NCBI GenBank assembly: GCA_963845085.1
Contig: CAWJQI010000005.1
Location: forward strand, 352,001-416,000
DNA length: 64,000 bases
DNA from: Candidatus Fermentibacterota bacterium
Lineage (GTDB): Bacteria > Fermentibacterota > Fermentibacteria > Fermentibacterales > JCC-6
Direction of reading: 5' to 3'
Shown: in pieces, positions 1-10,321 of the stretch
Numbering within the stretch: position 1 is the first letter of the stretch
How the letters are laid out: each line of letters begins with the position of its first letter
The notes under the pieces: generated by a model
The model's database searches: none
Told to the model about the DNA's origin: nothing
What the model saw: only the letters and a program-made list of their open reading frames with translations
Program-made: the position numbers and the translations under genes

Positions 1-8
1 CTGCTGCT

Positions 9-278
9 TCACTGTTTCTCCAGCAATGTGAACGAGGACAGCGGGAGGGGAGCAAGCCCGAGGGCCTCCCCGACCTCCCTCAGCCTCTGCGGGTTCTCGA
101 GCCTGGCTATCGTGCCCTCGGCCTCCGACACCCTGCGGTCGAGCCTGTCAAGTTCCTGCTCCATCCGGTGGAGTTCCACGAGCCTCGACAACCTGAAGTT
201 CTTCATTCCCATCTGGATCACTGCATTGAGAAGGAGGGCGGCGAGGACCATGACCAGTATCGTGCTTCTCTGGCTCAT
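9..278 (-). CDS. ftsL: Cell division protein FtsL-like (89 aa)
   Basis: ATG at 278 overlaps the rsmH stop (ATGA). One N-terminal TM segment is followed by a coiled coil ending in LENPQRLREVGEALGL. Canonical position after mraZ-rsmH. Confidence 0.8.
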   Translation of the reverse strand: MSQRSTILVMVLAALLLNAVIQMGMKNFRLSRLVELHRMEQELDRLDRRVSEAEGTIARLENPQRLREVGEALGLAPLPLSSFTLLEKQ

Positions 279-1117
279 GACGCCCTCACTGCGGTCCTGA
301 GCCTTGCAGACCTTGCCCGCGGGTTCTCTCCCGTCTCCTCGGGGGAGGGGAGCTGCCACGGGGGGTCGGTGCTCAGGAAACAGGGTGAATCGCGGAAAAG
401 AAGCTTCACCGCCCTGTCCTCGAGTGAATGGAACGTGATGAAGGCGACCCTTGCCATTGGCATGAGCCACTGGTGCAGCCCTGAAAGCAGTTTCTCAAGC
501 TCTCCGAGCTCATCGTTGACAAAAACCCGGAACGCCTGGAAGACCCTTGAAAGGGGTTTGACCGGATTGCCGCCCACTGCCCGCATCACAGCCGCCCTGA
601 GTTCGAGCGATGTGCGCACCGGCATTGCACGGCGGATCTCGCGGGCAATGCCCCTGCTCCTTCCCTCCTGGCCGTACCGGTAGATGATGTCGGCGATCTC
701 CGCCTCGCCCATCGAACGGAGCAGTTCATGCAGGGGAACGCCCCTGGATGTGTCGAACCTCATGTCGAGGGGGCCGTCGGTTCTGTACGAGAACCCACGG
801 GAGGGATCGTCGAGCTGAAACGAGCTGAGGCCAAGGTCGAACAGGGCGCCCGCCGCAGGGGCTCGAAGCAGGGATGGAATTTCTGTGTAGCTTCCGTTGT
901 GCACGGTGACAGAGGGCTCATGCCTGTACCGCTCCGCGAGTGCGGAGGCAAATACCGGGTCACGCTCCACGGCGAGAAGGGGCCTTCCCGGGCAGCAGGC
1001 AAGAAGCGCTCCAAGGTGCCCGCCGCCGCCCGCCGTTCCGTCGACTATCAAGCCCTCCGGCGACAGCTCCAGGAACCGGGTGACCCTGTGCACCATGATT
1101 GGAACATGCCCGCTCAC
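275..1117 (-). CDS. rsmH: 16S rRNA m4C1402 methyltransferase RsmH
   Basis: Motifs HVPIM, VDGTAGGGGH, FDLGLSSFQLD, RGFSY..DGPLDMR, FQAFRVFVNDEL, ITFHSLEDR and NPRARSARLR. Confidence 0.97.
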   Translation of the reverse strand: MSGHVPIMVHRVTRFLELSPEGLIVDGTAGGGGHLGALLACCPGRPLLAVERDPVFASALAERYRHEPSVTVHNGSYTEIPSLLRAPAAGALFDLGLSSFQLDDPSRGFSYRTDGPLDMRFDTSRGVPLHELLRSMGEAEIADIIYRYGQEGRSRGIAREIRRAMPVRTSLELRAAVMRAVGGNPVKPLSRVFQAFRVFVNDELGELEKLLSGLHQWLMPMARVAFITFHSLEDRAVKLLFRDSPCFLSTDPPWQLPSPEETGENPRARSARLRTAVRAS

Positions 1118-1127
1118 GACGCCCCCT

Positions 1128-1568
1128 TTAAAGGTCTATGTCAAGTGTCTCGGCGATGTCCTCGAAGGATTCCTCTTCCGTCCGCATGTAGGAATCGTAC
1201 TTCCGGGGATCCCAGAGCTCGATGCGGTCGAACTGGCCGAGAAACATGACCTCGCTGCTGATGCCTGCCGCTTCCTGCATGTCGGCCGGAATGGCTATTC
1301 TTCCCTGGGAATCAACGGTCACCGGCCTGAGCTTTGCACCCACCCAGCGCAGGAACCGTCTGTGCTGCCTGTTGCTGCGGGAAAGCTTCTGCTCGAAGCC
1401 CTCGCGGATCTGTTCCCATTTTTCGGCCTGGTAGAGAACGAGGCAGTTGTCCAACTCCCTGTTGAGGTAGAGGTCCTCGCCCGTGAGCAGGCGGCGGAAC
1501 TGGGCGGGCACGCTGACCCTCCCCTTGTCATCGAGTGTGTGAATGTGGGTGCCTATGAATTCCACCAT
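1128..1568 (-). CDS. mraZ: Division/cell-wall cluster transcriptional repressor MraZ
   Basis: Motifs FIGTHIHTLDDKGRVSVPAQFR, VDSQGRIAIP and GQFDRIELW. ATG at 1568 has an upstream GGGGGAGG SD; the ORF-track start at 1652 runs through the operator. Confidence 0.96.
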   Translation of the reverse strand: MVEFIGTHIHTLDDKGRVSVPAQFRRLLTGEDLYLNRELDNCLVLYQAEKWEQIREGFEQKLSRSNRQHRRFLRWVGAKLRPVTVDSQGRIAIPADMQEAAGISSEVMFLGQFDRIELWDPRKYDSYMRTEEESFEDIAETLDIDL

Positions 1569-1597
1569 GATGCCTCCCCCTATGGCGGAATCATTAC

Positions 1598-1643
1598 CCC
1601 ACTTTACCCCACTGTCAACCCACTTTACCCCACGAATTCCCAC
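1598..1643 (-). promoter_or_regulatory. MraZ operator: five GTGGG direct repeats with an embedded -35 TTGACA
   Basis: CCCAC on the + strand at 1598, 1608, 1619, 1629 and 1639 (10-11 bp period). TTGACA (minus strand) at 1613-1618. Matches the known (G)TGGG-N5/6 MraZ binding repeats upstream of mraZ. Confidence 0.9.
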
Positions 1644-1690
1644 AGAGGGCAAGGGACTTCCCCGGCTGAAGGAATGGCGGTCTCACGGTG

Positions 1691-3913
1691 TTACTGGTCT
1701 GATGAGGGAAGATCGACGGTGGGGTCGATATCCTTGCGGTACGAGTACCTGTAGCGGTAGGTGTAGTAGTTGATGCCAGAGTAGCCCCTGTCGGGTTCGA
1801 AGCCGTTGAGCACAGCCCCGGCCATGTGGCAGCCCGTTCTCTCCATCTTCTGCCAAACCGTGGCGACGACCTTGGTCTGCACTTCGCCGGCCCTGGTCAC
1901 GAGAAGCACGGTATCCACCGACGGGGCCATAACCATTGCGTCGGTTACAAGCGCCACCGGCGGGGCGTCGATAATGACCATGTCGAATCTGGGCAGGAAC
2001 GTGTCAAAGAACTTCGATGCCGCGGCAGCGCCGACCAGTTCGGCGGGGTTGTGCGGGAGGTGCCCGCTCGGGAGAAGGAACAGGTTCGGTTCGATGGTCT
2101 CGTGGATGCAGTCATCGAGCGAGGCTTTGCCAGCAACCAGTTCGGTGAAGCCCGGCTTCTTCGAAAGGCCGAACACCTTGTGCAGCATGGGTCTTCTGAG
2201 GTCGCAGTCGATGAGCAGGACCTTCTTGCCGGTTCTGGCTTCCGCAACGGAAAGGTTTGTTGCCGTGGTGGACTTGCCCTCCCGCGGGCCGCAGCTCGTT
2301 ATGAGAACCTTTCTCACGCTCTCGCCCACCTTCACGAAATCCATGCTCGTTCGAAGGTCGCGGAAGGCCTCGGAATCGGGTGACACGGGTTTGTCGACGA
2401 GAACGATGCTGACCATGTCCTTTCTGGCGGTAGCGTTCTTCGGGATGACACCGATTACCGTGATGCCGAGCTTCTCGAGCTGGTCGGGCGTTCTCACAGT
2501 GACGTCCAGCTGGTGGAGCAGGAAGACAACGCCGATCCCCAGCGCCAGCCCCACAAGAAGCCCCATCATCAGGTTCTTCTGCGTGGTGGGCAGGATCATG
2601 AGACCGGGAAGGGCGGTGTCGATGATGGTCACGTTGCCGATCTGCCCGACCTCGGCGATGCGTATCTCCTCGAACTTGGTGCGGAGGAGTATGTAGATGT
2701 TTTCGCTTACGGTGCGGTTCCGCTCGAGCCTCGCGAGTTCGTATTCAAGCACCGGAAGGTCGGTCAGTCCATCCTCAAGCGTGCCCAGTGCGGATTCGAG
2801 GGCTGTCCTTCTCGCCATGGCAGTGCGGTACTCAGCCTCGGCTTCGACAAGGCTGCTCACCATGTTGTCGACCGCTCCGGCCGGATCTTCGGGATGGCTG
2901 ATGCCCGAGGCGCCGGCTATCGCATCGGCAAGCTCGCCTGCGAACCCCGATATCGTCCGCTCGATATCCATGACGGCGGGGGAATCAGGGGTCGCGCCCC
3001 GTGCGAGGAGGGCGGCCCGCGAGGCCTCGAGTCTCGAGATGTTTCCCTGGAGGGTTCTGATCAGTTCGCTGTTCACGGTACCGAGGTCCGAAGCAAGCGT
3101 ACCCCGCTGGCTTTCGAGCTGCCCCGTGAAATAGTCGCGGCGGACGGCGGCGGACGAAGCCTCGATGCCTGCAGCCATGGCATCGCTCTGGAAAACTGCC
3201 ACAGTTGCGATCAGGTGGCTGGTTTCGGAGGAAAGGTCAACCACCTCGTTCTCTTCCTTGAAAAGACGCAGCTCCTCCTCCGCCGTTTCCAGCTCGGTGG
3301 TTATCTGCTCGAGCTGCGACTCGAGAAAGACCCTGACCTGGCGGTTCTCACCCCGCGCCTGGCTCTGGCTCCATCTGTGGTAGACATTGAGAGTGAGGTT
3401 TGCGAGAACCGCCGAGGCCTCGGGGCTGTACCCCACCGCAGAGAGTGAGAAAAAATCGGTGTCCTTCACCCAGCTGACGGAGATGCTGCTCCGGACCAGC
3501 CCGACGAGGCTGTTGCGGAGGTACGGCGATGCTGGCGGCTCGCCGTGGAAAAGCACCACCACGAGGCTGTCGGCTGCCGGGGATCGCAGTATTGAATCTG
3601 CAACAAGTTCAGCCATGGAGCGGCTTCGGATGAGGTGGATCTGATTGTTCCTCACGGCATCGAGCTGGTACCAGAGGGCGCCGGGCATATCAAGCGTGCG
3701 GGACATTGCGTTTTCCATGTTGTAGAGGAAACTGGCGTCGGAACTGTATACAGGCATTGTCCTGGCGGTTATCCAGGAGGCCGTGAGCAGCCCGAGAACA
3801 ACCCCGCCCAGAATGATCCATTTGCCCCGGCGGAAAAGCCAGAGGTATTCCTGCAGGTTGATGCTTTCGCCCTCCTGCGGCGTGCCCTGCTGGCCCGTTC
3901 TTATTTCACTCAC
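1691..3913 (-). CDS. wzc: Polysaccharide co-polymerase / BY-kinase (Wzc-like tyrosine autokinase)
   Basis: Two TM segments flank a long periplasmic coiled coil. Walker A SCGPREGKSTT, A' IDCDLRRP, Walker B VIIDAPP and a C-terminal Tyr cluster GYSGINYYTYRYRYSY. Start set at GTG 3913, which overlaps the upstream stop. Confidence 0.93.
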   Translation of the reverse strand: MSEIRTGQQGTPQEGESINLQEYLWLFRRGKWIILGGVVLGLLTASWITARTMPVYSSDASFLYNMENAMSRTLDMPGALWYQLDAVRNNQIHLIRSRSMAELVADSILRSPAADSLVVVLFHGEPPASPYLRNSLVGLVRSSISVSWVKDTDFFSLSAVGYSPEASAVLANLTLNVYHRWSQSQARGENRQVRVFLESQLEQITTELETAEEELRLFKEENEVVDLSSETSHLIATVAVFQSDAMAAGIEASSAAVRRDYFTGQLESQRGTLASDLGTVNSELIRTLQGNISRLEASRAALLARGATPDSPAVMDIERTISGFAGELADAIAGASGISHPEDPAGAVDNMVSSLVEAEAEYRTAMARRTALESALGTLEDGLTDLPVLEYELARLERNRTVSENIYILLRTKFEEIRIAEVGQIGNVTIIDTALPGLMILPTTQKNLMMGLLVGLALGIGVVFLLHQLDVTVRTPDQLEKLGITVIGVIPKNATARKDMVSIVLVDKPVSPDSEAFRDLRTSMDFVKVGESVRKVLITSCGPREGKSTTATNLSVAEARTGKKVLLIDCDLRRPMLHKVFGLSKKPGFTELVAGKASLDDCIHETIEPNLFLLPSGHLPHNPAELVGAAAASKFFDTFLPRFDMVIIDAPPVALVTDAMVMAPSVDTVLLVTRAGEVQTKVVATVWQKMERTGCHMAGAVLNGFEPDRGYSGINYYTYRYRYSYRKDIDPTVDLPSSDQ

Positions 3914-4326
3914 TTGACGAGCACCAGTATGAGGTTGAACGCGACGATTATCTTGTAGGTGAAATCGACAACTTCCTTCCACCACTCGTAGCTGCTCCGG
4001 CCTATGAAAATCGTAACGCCGGGCTCGATCAGGGGTACGGCTTCGCCGCGGCCGTCGATGTAGGCCCTAAGGTCGTAATCGCTCTGGAAGTCGACATAGA
4101 CGATCTGAACGTTATCGAGGTCGGCCTGAGAGGTCGGGCCACCGGCAGCGCTGAGAGCTGCCACAAGGTCGGCGTTCCATGGAACCTGGTGGGCTCCGGG
4201 GTTTCTGACCTCGCCCCAGACGTTGACCGTCATGGTCACCTGTTCAGCATCAACGCCGGGCACGATGTATCCCCCTCCCGAAACGGGGGGCTGGCCGATG
4301 ATGAATGCCGCAAGCAATAAGATCAC
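3910..4326 (-). CDS. SLBB-domain protein (minimal Wza/OPX-like polysaccharide export protein)
   Basis: SLBB beta-grasp motif VNVWGEVRNPG..LVAALSAAGGPT..ADL, a hydrophobic N-terminus and a C-terminal amphipathic/hydrophobic helix. Directly upstream of wzc. Confidence 0.8.
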   Translation of the reverse strand: MILLLAAFIIGQPPVSGGGYIVPGVDAEQVTMTVNVWGEVRNPGAHQVPWNADLVAALSAAGGPTSQADLDNVQIVYVDFQSDYDLRAYIDGRGEAVPLIEPGVTIFIGRSSYEWWKEVVDFTYKIIVAFNLILVLVK

Positions 4327-5642
4327 GCCTTGAACACCCTCTCGATTCCCCTCGTGATGCCGGCACAGGCGTTCCTGGTATCGACGATCAGGCTGCTGTT
4401 GTCAACGATCCACTGCCAGTCGTAACAGGAGTGATCAGTGATCACCACGATGCAATCATAAGCAGACAGCGTATCACCGGATAGCTCGACGCCGACCGGC
4501 TGCCTGCTTGTCTGCCGGGTGCTTGGCGGAATTCTCGGGATGTACGGATCGTTGTAGTCAACCAGGGCGCCCCTGGAGATGAGGATTTCCATCACTTTGA
4601 GGGCGGGGGTTTCCCTGTAGTCGTCGATGTCGGGCTTGTAAGCCATGCCGAGAATGAGAATCCGGCTTCCGTTGACCGGCTTCTTCCGGGTGTTGAGGGC
4701 TTCGGATACCCTTTCGCAAACAAAATCGGGCATCGACGTGTTGATCTCCCCCGCGAGCTCGATGAACCGGGTCGGCATCTCGTACTGTCTCGCCTTCCAC
4801 GTGAGGTAGAAGGGATCGATCGGGATGCAGTGGCCACCCAGACCGGGGCCCGGATAGAATGGCGTGAAACCGAACGGTTTCGACGATGCAGCCCGGATGA
4901 CCTCCCAGATGTCTATGCCCATCCTGTGGGCCAGAAGCTTGAGCTCGTTGACAAGGGCGATGTTCACAGCCCTGTAGGTGTTCTCGGTAATCTTGGCCAT
5001 CTCGGCGACCTCGGGAGAGCTCACCGGTATCACTTTGTCGATGGCGAACGAGTAGACGAACACCGCTGCCTCGGTGCAGCCCGGTGTCAGGCCCCCCACC
5101 AGTTTGGGTATCGTACGGGTGTTGTAGACGGGATTGCCGGGATCCTCGCGCTCGGGCGAGAAGGCCACGTGGAAGTCCACTCCCGCCTTCAGCCCGCCTT
5201 TCTCAAGAACGGGCACCATCTCGTCACGGGTTGTGCCGGGGTAGGTTGTCGACTCGAGGATGACCAGCTGCCCCCTCGAGAGAACGGCGGCGGCCTCCCT
5301 GCACGAATTGATAACGAAGCTCAGGTCAGGCTGACGGTGGGTGCCGAGCGGCGTCGGAACCGCAATGATGACGACATCCGCACCGGCCAGCACCGAGAAG
5401 TCGGTGGTCGCCCTGAGCAGACCCGTGTTCATGGCCCTGCCGACCTTGTCGTCGGAAATGTGCTTCAGATAACTGCGTTTCTGTTCGAGAAGCCGGGGCT
5501 TTTCCGGGTCGATGTCCACACCCAGAACCTCGCAGCCGCCAAGAGCGAACTCCATGGCGAGCGGAAGACCCACGTATCCAAGGCCAATTACACCCACAAC
5601 GGGTTTTGCACGCCCCGCAAGCCGTTCCTTAAAGGCGCTCAA
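4323..5642 (-). CDS. Nucleotide-sugar dehydrogenase (UDP-GlcNAc 6-dehydrogenase, WbpA-like)
   Basis: Motifs GVIGLGYVGLPLA, IAVPTPL, LESTTYPGTT, FSPEREDPGN, GPGLGGHCIPIDP and AYKPDIDDYRE. Probable start is TTG 5642, just after the ugd stop. Confidence 0.93.
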   Translation of the reverse strand: MSAFKERLAGRAKPVVGVIGLGYVGLPLAMEFALGGCEVLGVDIDPEKPRLLEQKRSYLKHISDDKVGRAMNTGLLRATTDFSVLAGADVVIIAVPTPLGTHRQPDLSFVINSCREAAAVLSRGQLVILESTTYPGTTRDEMVPVLEKGGLKAGVDFHVAFSPEREDPGNPVYNTRTIPKLVGGLTPGCTEAAVFVYSFAIDKVIPVSSPEVAEMAKITENTYRAVNIALVNELKLLAHRMGIDIWEVIRAASSKPFGFTPFYPGPGLGGHCIPIDPFYLTWKARQYEMPTRFIELAGEINTSMPDFVCERVSEALNTRKKPVNGSRILILGMAYKPDIDDYRETPALKVMEILISRGALVDYNDPYIPRIPPSTRQTSRQPVGVELSGDTLSAYDCIVVITDHSCYDWQWIVDNSSLIVDTRNACAGITRGIERVFKA

Positions 5643-5643
5643 G

Positions 5644-6945
5644 TCAGCCCCTTCCAATGCAGTGGTATGTGAAACCCATCCCTCTGAGTTTGCCGGGGTT
5701 CCAGATGTTTCTGCCGTCAAAGATCACCCTTTTCCGAAGCAGACCGTGGATGCGCTCGAAATCGGGTTCCCTGAATTCGGTCCATTCCGTGACGAGAACC
5801 AGTGCATCGGCTCCCTTGAGGGCGTCGTAGCCTGACTCGCAGAACTCCACGCTGTCACCGAGCATGCGTCTGGCGTAGTCCATTGCCTCGGGATCGAACG
5901 CCTTCACCCTTGCCCCCATCGCAAGAAGGTCATCGATGAGTACCAGAGACGGGGCGTCGCGCATGTCATCGGTGTTGGGCTTGAAGGAAAGCCCCCACAC
6001 GGCGAATGTAAGGCCGGTGAGGTCGCTGCCGAATTCGCGGGCTATCTTCTCGCCCAGGATCTTCTTCTGCAGTTCGTTCACCTCGGTGACCGCATCGAGG
6101 ATGCGAAGGGGATAGCCGTGCTCCATGGCCGTGAAGCGCAGCGCCTTGACGTCCTTCGGGAAACAGCTGCCGCCGTATCCGACGCCAGGAAAGATGAAAT
6201 GGGGTCCGATGCGGGAGTCGCTGCCGATGCCGCGGCGAATGTCGTGCACATCTGCTCCGACGATGTCGCACAGGTTCGCGATCTCGTTGATGAAGCTGAT
6301 CTTGGTGGCCAGCAAGCTGTTGGCGACATACTTGGTGAGCTCGGCGGAACGGTTGCTCATGACGTAGATGGGATTGTTCGTGCGCACGAAGGGACGGTAG
6401 AGCTCCCTCATGATCTCGGCGGTTTCGGGGGAGTCGGTTCCGATCACGACCCGGTCGGGCTTCATGAAGTCGTCGATCGCATCGCCCTCCTTCAGGAACT
6501 CGGGGTTGCTCACGACGTTTACGGGATGGTCCGTGTACTTCCGTACCTCGTCCCGTACCCGCTCCGCGGTTCCAACTGGAACCGTGCTCTTGTTCACGAC
6601 GATGCGCGGCCCGTCCATGTTGCGGCCGATCTCGGCAGCCACGGCAAGCACATGCTGGAGGTCGGCGCTGCCGTCCTCGTCGGGAGGCGTTCCCACCGCG
6701 ATGAAAATAATGCTGCTCGAAAGGACCGCGTGCGGGGTGTCGTCGGTGAAGGAGAGCCTCCCTTCCTTCACGTTTCTTTCAACAAGCGTGTCGAGACCGG
6801 GTTCGTAAATCGGCATCACGCCGCGGCGAAGGCTTTCGACCTTCTTCCTGTCATTATCGGCACAGACGACGGTGTTTCCCATTTCGGCAAGGCATGCCGC
6901 TGCAACCAGCCCCACATACCCGCTGCCGATCACTGCTATCTTCAT
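5644..6945 (-). CDS. ugd: UDP-glucose 6-dehydrogenase
   Basis: Motifs MKIAVIGSGYVGLV, FIAVGTP, NKSTVPVGT, SNPEFLKEG, GYGGSCFPKD and FKPNTDDMR. Confidence 0.95.
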   Translation of the reverse strand: MKIAVIGSGYVGLVAAACLAEMGNTVVCADNDRKKVESLRRGVMPIYEPGLDTLVERNVKEGRLSFTDDTPHAVLSSSIIFIAVGTPPDEDGSADLQHVLAVAAEIGRNMDGPRIVVNKSTVPVGTAERVRDEVRKYTDHPVNVVSNPEFLKEGDAIDDFMKPDRVVIGTDSPETAEIMRELYRPFVRTNNPIYVMSNRSAELTKYVANSLLATKISFINEIANLCDIVGADVHDIRRGIGSDSRIGPHFIFPGVGYGGSCFPKDVKALRFTAMEHGYPLRILDAVTEVNELQKKILGEKIAREFGSDLTGLTFAVWGLSFKPNTDDMRDAPSLVLIDDLLAMGARVKAFDPEAMDYARRMLGDSVEFCESGYDALKGADALVLVTEWTEFREPDFERIHGLLRKRVIFDGRNIWNPGKLRGMGFTYHCIGRG

Positions 6946-7004
6946 CTTTCCTCCGTGTGGAAGGATATGCTGCCTCTTCCCCGGTCGGGGAACATTTCCC
7001 TGTG

Positions 7005-7033
7005 AGAATAACGAACCCGGTAATTGGTGTAAA
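7005..7033 (-). promoter_or_regulatory. Putative sigma70 promoter for the ugd-wzc operon
   Basis: Minus strand TTTACA (7033-7028), 17 bp spacer, TATTCT (7010-7005). A small hairpin TTCCCC-N4-GGGGAA (6977-6992) lies in the leader. Confidence 0.6.
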
Positions 7034-7058
7034 GGATGACGCTGCGAAGGGCTTCCTG

Positions 7059-8945
7059 TCAGGGACGGTTCAGTTTTCTGATCTCGTCCTCCCTGACCGT
7101 GAGCCCACGGTTGTCAAGCAGCAGGGCCCACATCAGGGCGAACTTCCTGCTGGTTCCGAGGGCCTCGCGGAACTCCCCCAACCTGAAGCCCTCCCTGCCG
7201 AAAGAGTTCGCGATCACCATGACAACACCCTCAAGCATGCGGGGGGTCGTTACCACCGCTTCATCCAGCGGGATCACCATGCCGCGGGCCGACAGGGCTT
7301 CAATGTCCTCCCTGCGGACCCCTTCGAGCGGAAGTGCAGCCCCTTCATATCCGCCTTTCTCGACTGCTGCGATGATCTCCGCCGCATCCGATCCCGCCTT
7401 CCCCGCGAGTTCACGCGGGAAGCCGGATGCGGCTATGAAATCGCCCCTTCGCTCCAGTGAACCCTTTTCGATCAGGCTGGAAAGAACGTGCCTGATCAGC
7501 CAGGCAGGGGTTCCGGGGGGCAGTTTTCTTGCAAGTGCGGATGAGGCGATGCCCGGAGCCATGGGCACACTTCTGTGAACGGACTCGACCGCTCCGGAAA
7601 GCTTCCGGGAAAGATCGGCCACTGTGGGGGCAAGAACGATCCGCTCGCTCTTGCCGTCGCTGATCCGTTCAGCCCTTCCTTCCTCCGAGAGCCTCAGGGC
7701 TGCGTGGCCGGCTTCCGTCGGATCGCAGCCCGATGAAGCCACGAACTCCTGCAGCAGCACGGAGTGGTCGGGGCTGTCTTCCATGGCTTCGATCATTACG
7801 TCGGCAAGATCACCCCTGCTCAAAAGCTCGAGATGTGTGAGCCTGACTTCCCTGAACCTGGCCCTCACCTTGGGAGTACCGGTGTCGAGGACCACTCCGC
7901 CCCCCATCGTCTGCACCGGCGAATACCGTCTGAAGACGAAACGGTCCCCCGGCATCGCAACAACGGGGTGTTCGAGTTGAAAATGCACGAATCCTTCGCC
8001 GCCCCTGGGGATTGCAGCGCCCTCGACGGGGATGGCCCTGGCCATGACCTCGGCTGTCCCAAGGTGGATCCTCACCCTCTGTCTGGGGTGAAGGTCGACC
8101 TCGCCCGGAAGGACCGAGCACCTGGTATCGAGACTGTTCAGGGCCTTGAGCCATCCGGGCTCACCGAGCACGGCGCCCCGCTGAACGTCTTCCTTGTCCA
8201 GCCCGGTGAGATTCAGCGCTATCCTGTCGCCGGCCACACCCTGCGCTGACTTCCGGTGATCGTTCACCCCGAGTTCCCGGACCCTGTACTGCTTTCCGCC
8301 GGGCTGCACCTCGACCATGTCGCCGGGTCTCACAACCCCGGAAAGGCCGGTGCCGCAGACGACGGTTCCGAAGCCCTTGAGGCTGAACACTCTGTCCACG
8401 GGGAGCCTGAAGCGTCCCTCCGGGCTTCGCAGGGTGACGCCGTGGACCATCCGAAAGATCTCATCCTTCAGCTCGGAGAGCCCCGTTCCTGTGACCGCAG
8501 AAACCCGGATGACAGGAGCGCCTTCGGCGGGGGTGCCCCTCAGGGCTTCCCTGACCTCCTCCTCGGCAAGCTCCTGGAGATCCTCATCCACCAGGTCGCA
8601 CTTCGACAAAGCCACTATTCCACGGTCGACCTCGAGCAGCCGGAGGATGTCGAGATGCTCCCTCGTCTGGGGCATCACCCCCTCATCCGCGCTCACGACA
8701 AGAAGAAAGCAGTCAACGGTGGAGACGCCTGCGACCATTGTTCTTATGAACTTCTCGTGGCCCGGTACGTCGATGAAACTCACAGTCTCGCCGTCCGGCC
8801 CCTGAAGGAAAACGTAACCGAGCTCGATCGTGATGCCGCGCTGCTTCTCCTCCTTCAGGCGGTCGGGATCCCTGCCTGTCAGCGCCAGCATGAGGCTGCT
8901 CTTGCCGTGGTCTATGTGCCCTGCCGTGCCAACTATCACCCCCAC
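7059..8945 (-). CDS. selB: Selenocysteine-specific elongation factor SelB
   Basis: Motifs [40 protein letters not shown] and [13 protein letters not shown], plus the C-terminal winged-helix LGTSRK. Adjacent to selA. Confidence 0.96.
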   Translation of the reverse strand: MGVIVGTAGHIDHGKSSLMLALTGRDPDRLKEEKQRGITIELGYVFLQGPDGETVSFIDVPGHEKFIRTMVAGVSTVDCFLLVVSADEGVMPQTREHLDILRLLEVDRGIVALSKCDLVDEDLQELAEEEVREALRGTPAEGAPVIRVSAVTGTGLSELKDEIFRMVHGVTLRSPEGRFRLPVDRVFSLKGFGTVVCGTGLSGVVRPGDMVEVQPGGKQYRVRELGVNDHRKSAQGVAGDRIALNLTGLDKEDVQRGAVLGEPGWLKALNSLDTRCSVLPGEVDLHPRQRVRIHLGTAEVMARAIPVEGAAIPRGGEGFVHFQLEHPVVAMPGDRFVFRRYSPVQTMGGGVVLDTGTPKVRARFREVRLTHLELLSRGDLADVMIEAMEDSPDHSVLLQEFVASSGCDPTEAGHAALRLSEEGRAERISDGKSERIVLAPTVADLSRKLSGAVESVHRSVPMAPGIASSALARKLPPGTPAWLIRHVLSSLIEKGSLERRGDFIAASGFPRELAGKAGSDAAEIIAAVEKGGYEGAALPLEGVRREDIEALSARGMVIPLDEAVVTTPRMLEGVVMVIANSFGREGFRLGEFREALGTSRKFALMWALLLDNRGLTVREDEIRKLNRP

Positions 8946-10306
8946 AGCAGTTCCAGCTCCCTGTTCAGCCTGACGGCCAGCAAGGCTTCCTCGGAGGGGA
9001 AGACGGTTCTGAGATCGAGCTTCACCGAACCCTCCTCAACCCTTACCGCGACAGCGGGCGAACCGCTTCGCAACGCAAGCGCGAGGCTGTCAGGAGACGG
9101 GCAGGTCACCGAGACGCCGAATGACGGAATGGCTGTGTCGGGAAGGGCGCCGCTTCCGACAAAGCTGCCCATTTCCTCGCACACAAGTGCACAGGATGCC
9201 GGAATGACGAGTTTTTCTGCGAACGAATGCGCGCGGGCTTCGAGCTCCGCGGGCTTCGCGGCGAACATCGCGTAAACCGGGTGGTGCTTTACGAGGTAGT
9301 CGTCGTCCTCGAGAAAAAGCTTCAGGCATGCCTCGAGCCCGGCCAGGGTGAGTTTGCATACCCGCAGTGCGCGCGCAAGGGGATGTTTTCTTATGATCTC
9401 GATCCAGTGCTTCGTGCCGAGCAGGATTCCCGCCTGCGGGCCTCCGATCAGTTTATCCCCCGAGCAGGTGACCACAGAGGCGCCGTCCTGGATGCTCTGC
9501 TGCACGGTGGGTTCGGCAGGGAGACCGAATCGGTCAAGTGGAACCAGGCTGCCCGCCCCAAGGTCATCGATCACCGGAACGCCAGCTTTCCGCCCGAGTT
9601 CGACGAGTTCCGCGAGGGGAACTTCCCCTGTAAAGCCCCTGACCCTGTAATTGGAGGGATGAACCCTGAGGATTGCCCCGGTCCTCTCCGACACTGCCGA
9701 TTCGTAATCCCTCAGATGGGTTCGGTTCGTGCAGCCCACCTCGATCATGGTGCACCCGCTCTGGAGCATAACTTCCGGTATGCGGAAGGCTCCGCCTATC
9801 TCCACGAGCTGACCACGGGAAACGATAACCTCCCGCCCCCTCGCAAGAGCGGAAAGAACGAGCATTGTGGCCCCTGCATTGTTGTTGGCGACAGTGGCCG
9901 CCTCGGCGCCGGTCAACCTGGTGAGAAGCTTTTCGATGTGGCTGTCGCGGTGCCCCCTGCCGCCGGCCTGCCTGTCCCACTGCAGAACGGCATAGCCTGT
10001 CGCGGCACGGCGGATGTTCTCTACCGCAAGCGGTGGAAGGCATGCCCTCCCCAGTGCGGTATGCAGGATCACACCGGTGGCGTTGACAACGGTGGCCATG
10101 GACGATGCGCCTGCGGCTGCCGCCTTCTCCTCCGCCGCCTTCAGAAGGGTGGCGTGCGGTGGGCATTCCCCGCCTTCGAGGATGGCTTTCCTTGCCTCCT
10201 CGATCACCTCCCTGGCGGCATCCCTCGCAACCGATGGCGGATGGCCCGCAAGACCCTGGATCAGCACGTGGACCGGTGGAAGTCCCCTGAGCTGCTCTGT
10301 GCCCAT
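8936..10306 (-). CDS. selA: L-seryl-tRNA(Sec) selenium transferase SelA
   Basis: Motifs [57 protein letters not shown] and [12 protein letters not shown] (PLP lysine). Confidence 0.97.
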   Translation of the reverse strand: MGTEQLRGLPPVHVLIQGLAGHPPSVARDAAREVIEEARKAILEGGECPPHATLLKAAEEKAAAAGASSMATVVNATGVILHTALGRACLPPLAVENIRRAATGYAVLQWDRQAGGRGHRDSHIEKLLTRLTGAEAATVANNNAGATMLVLSALARGREVIVSRGQLVEIGGAFRIPEVMLQSGCTMIEVGCTNRTHLRDYESAVSERTGAILRVHPSNYRVRGFTGEVPLAELVELGRKAGVPVIDDLGAGSLVPLDRFGLPAEPTVQQSIQDGASVVTCSGDKLIGGPQAGILLGTKHWIEIIRKHPLARALRVCKLTLAGLEACLKLFLEDDDYLVKHHPVYAMFAAKPAELEARAHSFAEKLVIPASCALVCEEMGSFVGSGALPDTAIPSFGVSVTCPSPDSLALALRSGSPAVAVRVEEGSVKLDLRTVFPSEEALLAVRLNRELELLWG

Positions 10307-10321
10307 GGCCCCCTCCTTAAT

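Noticed and set aside
1..12. GTG AAG CAG CAG overlapping the ftsL stop as the start of ftsI
   Set aside because: Plausible from dcw gene order, but four codons cannot support a call.
1598..1643. Short periodic repeats as a CRISPR array or iterons
   Set aside because: Five-bp units with a 10-11 bp period and no spacers, cas or rep genes. Their position before mraZ explains them.
6946..7058. Possible tRNA-Sec (selC) downstream of selB
   Set aside because: No cloverleaf, UCA anticodon arm or TTCGA T-loop on either strand. The region is explained by a promoter and a small leader hairpin.
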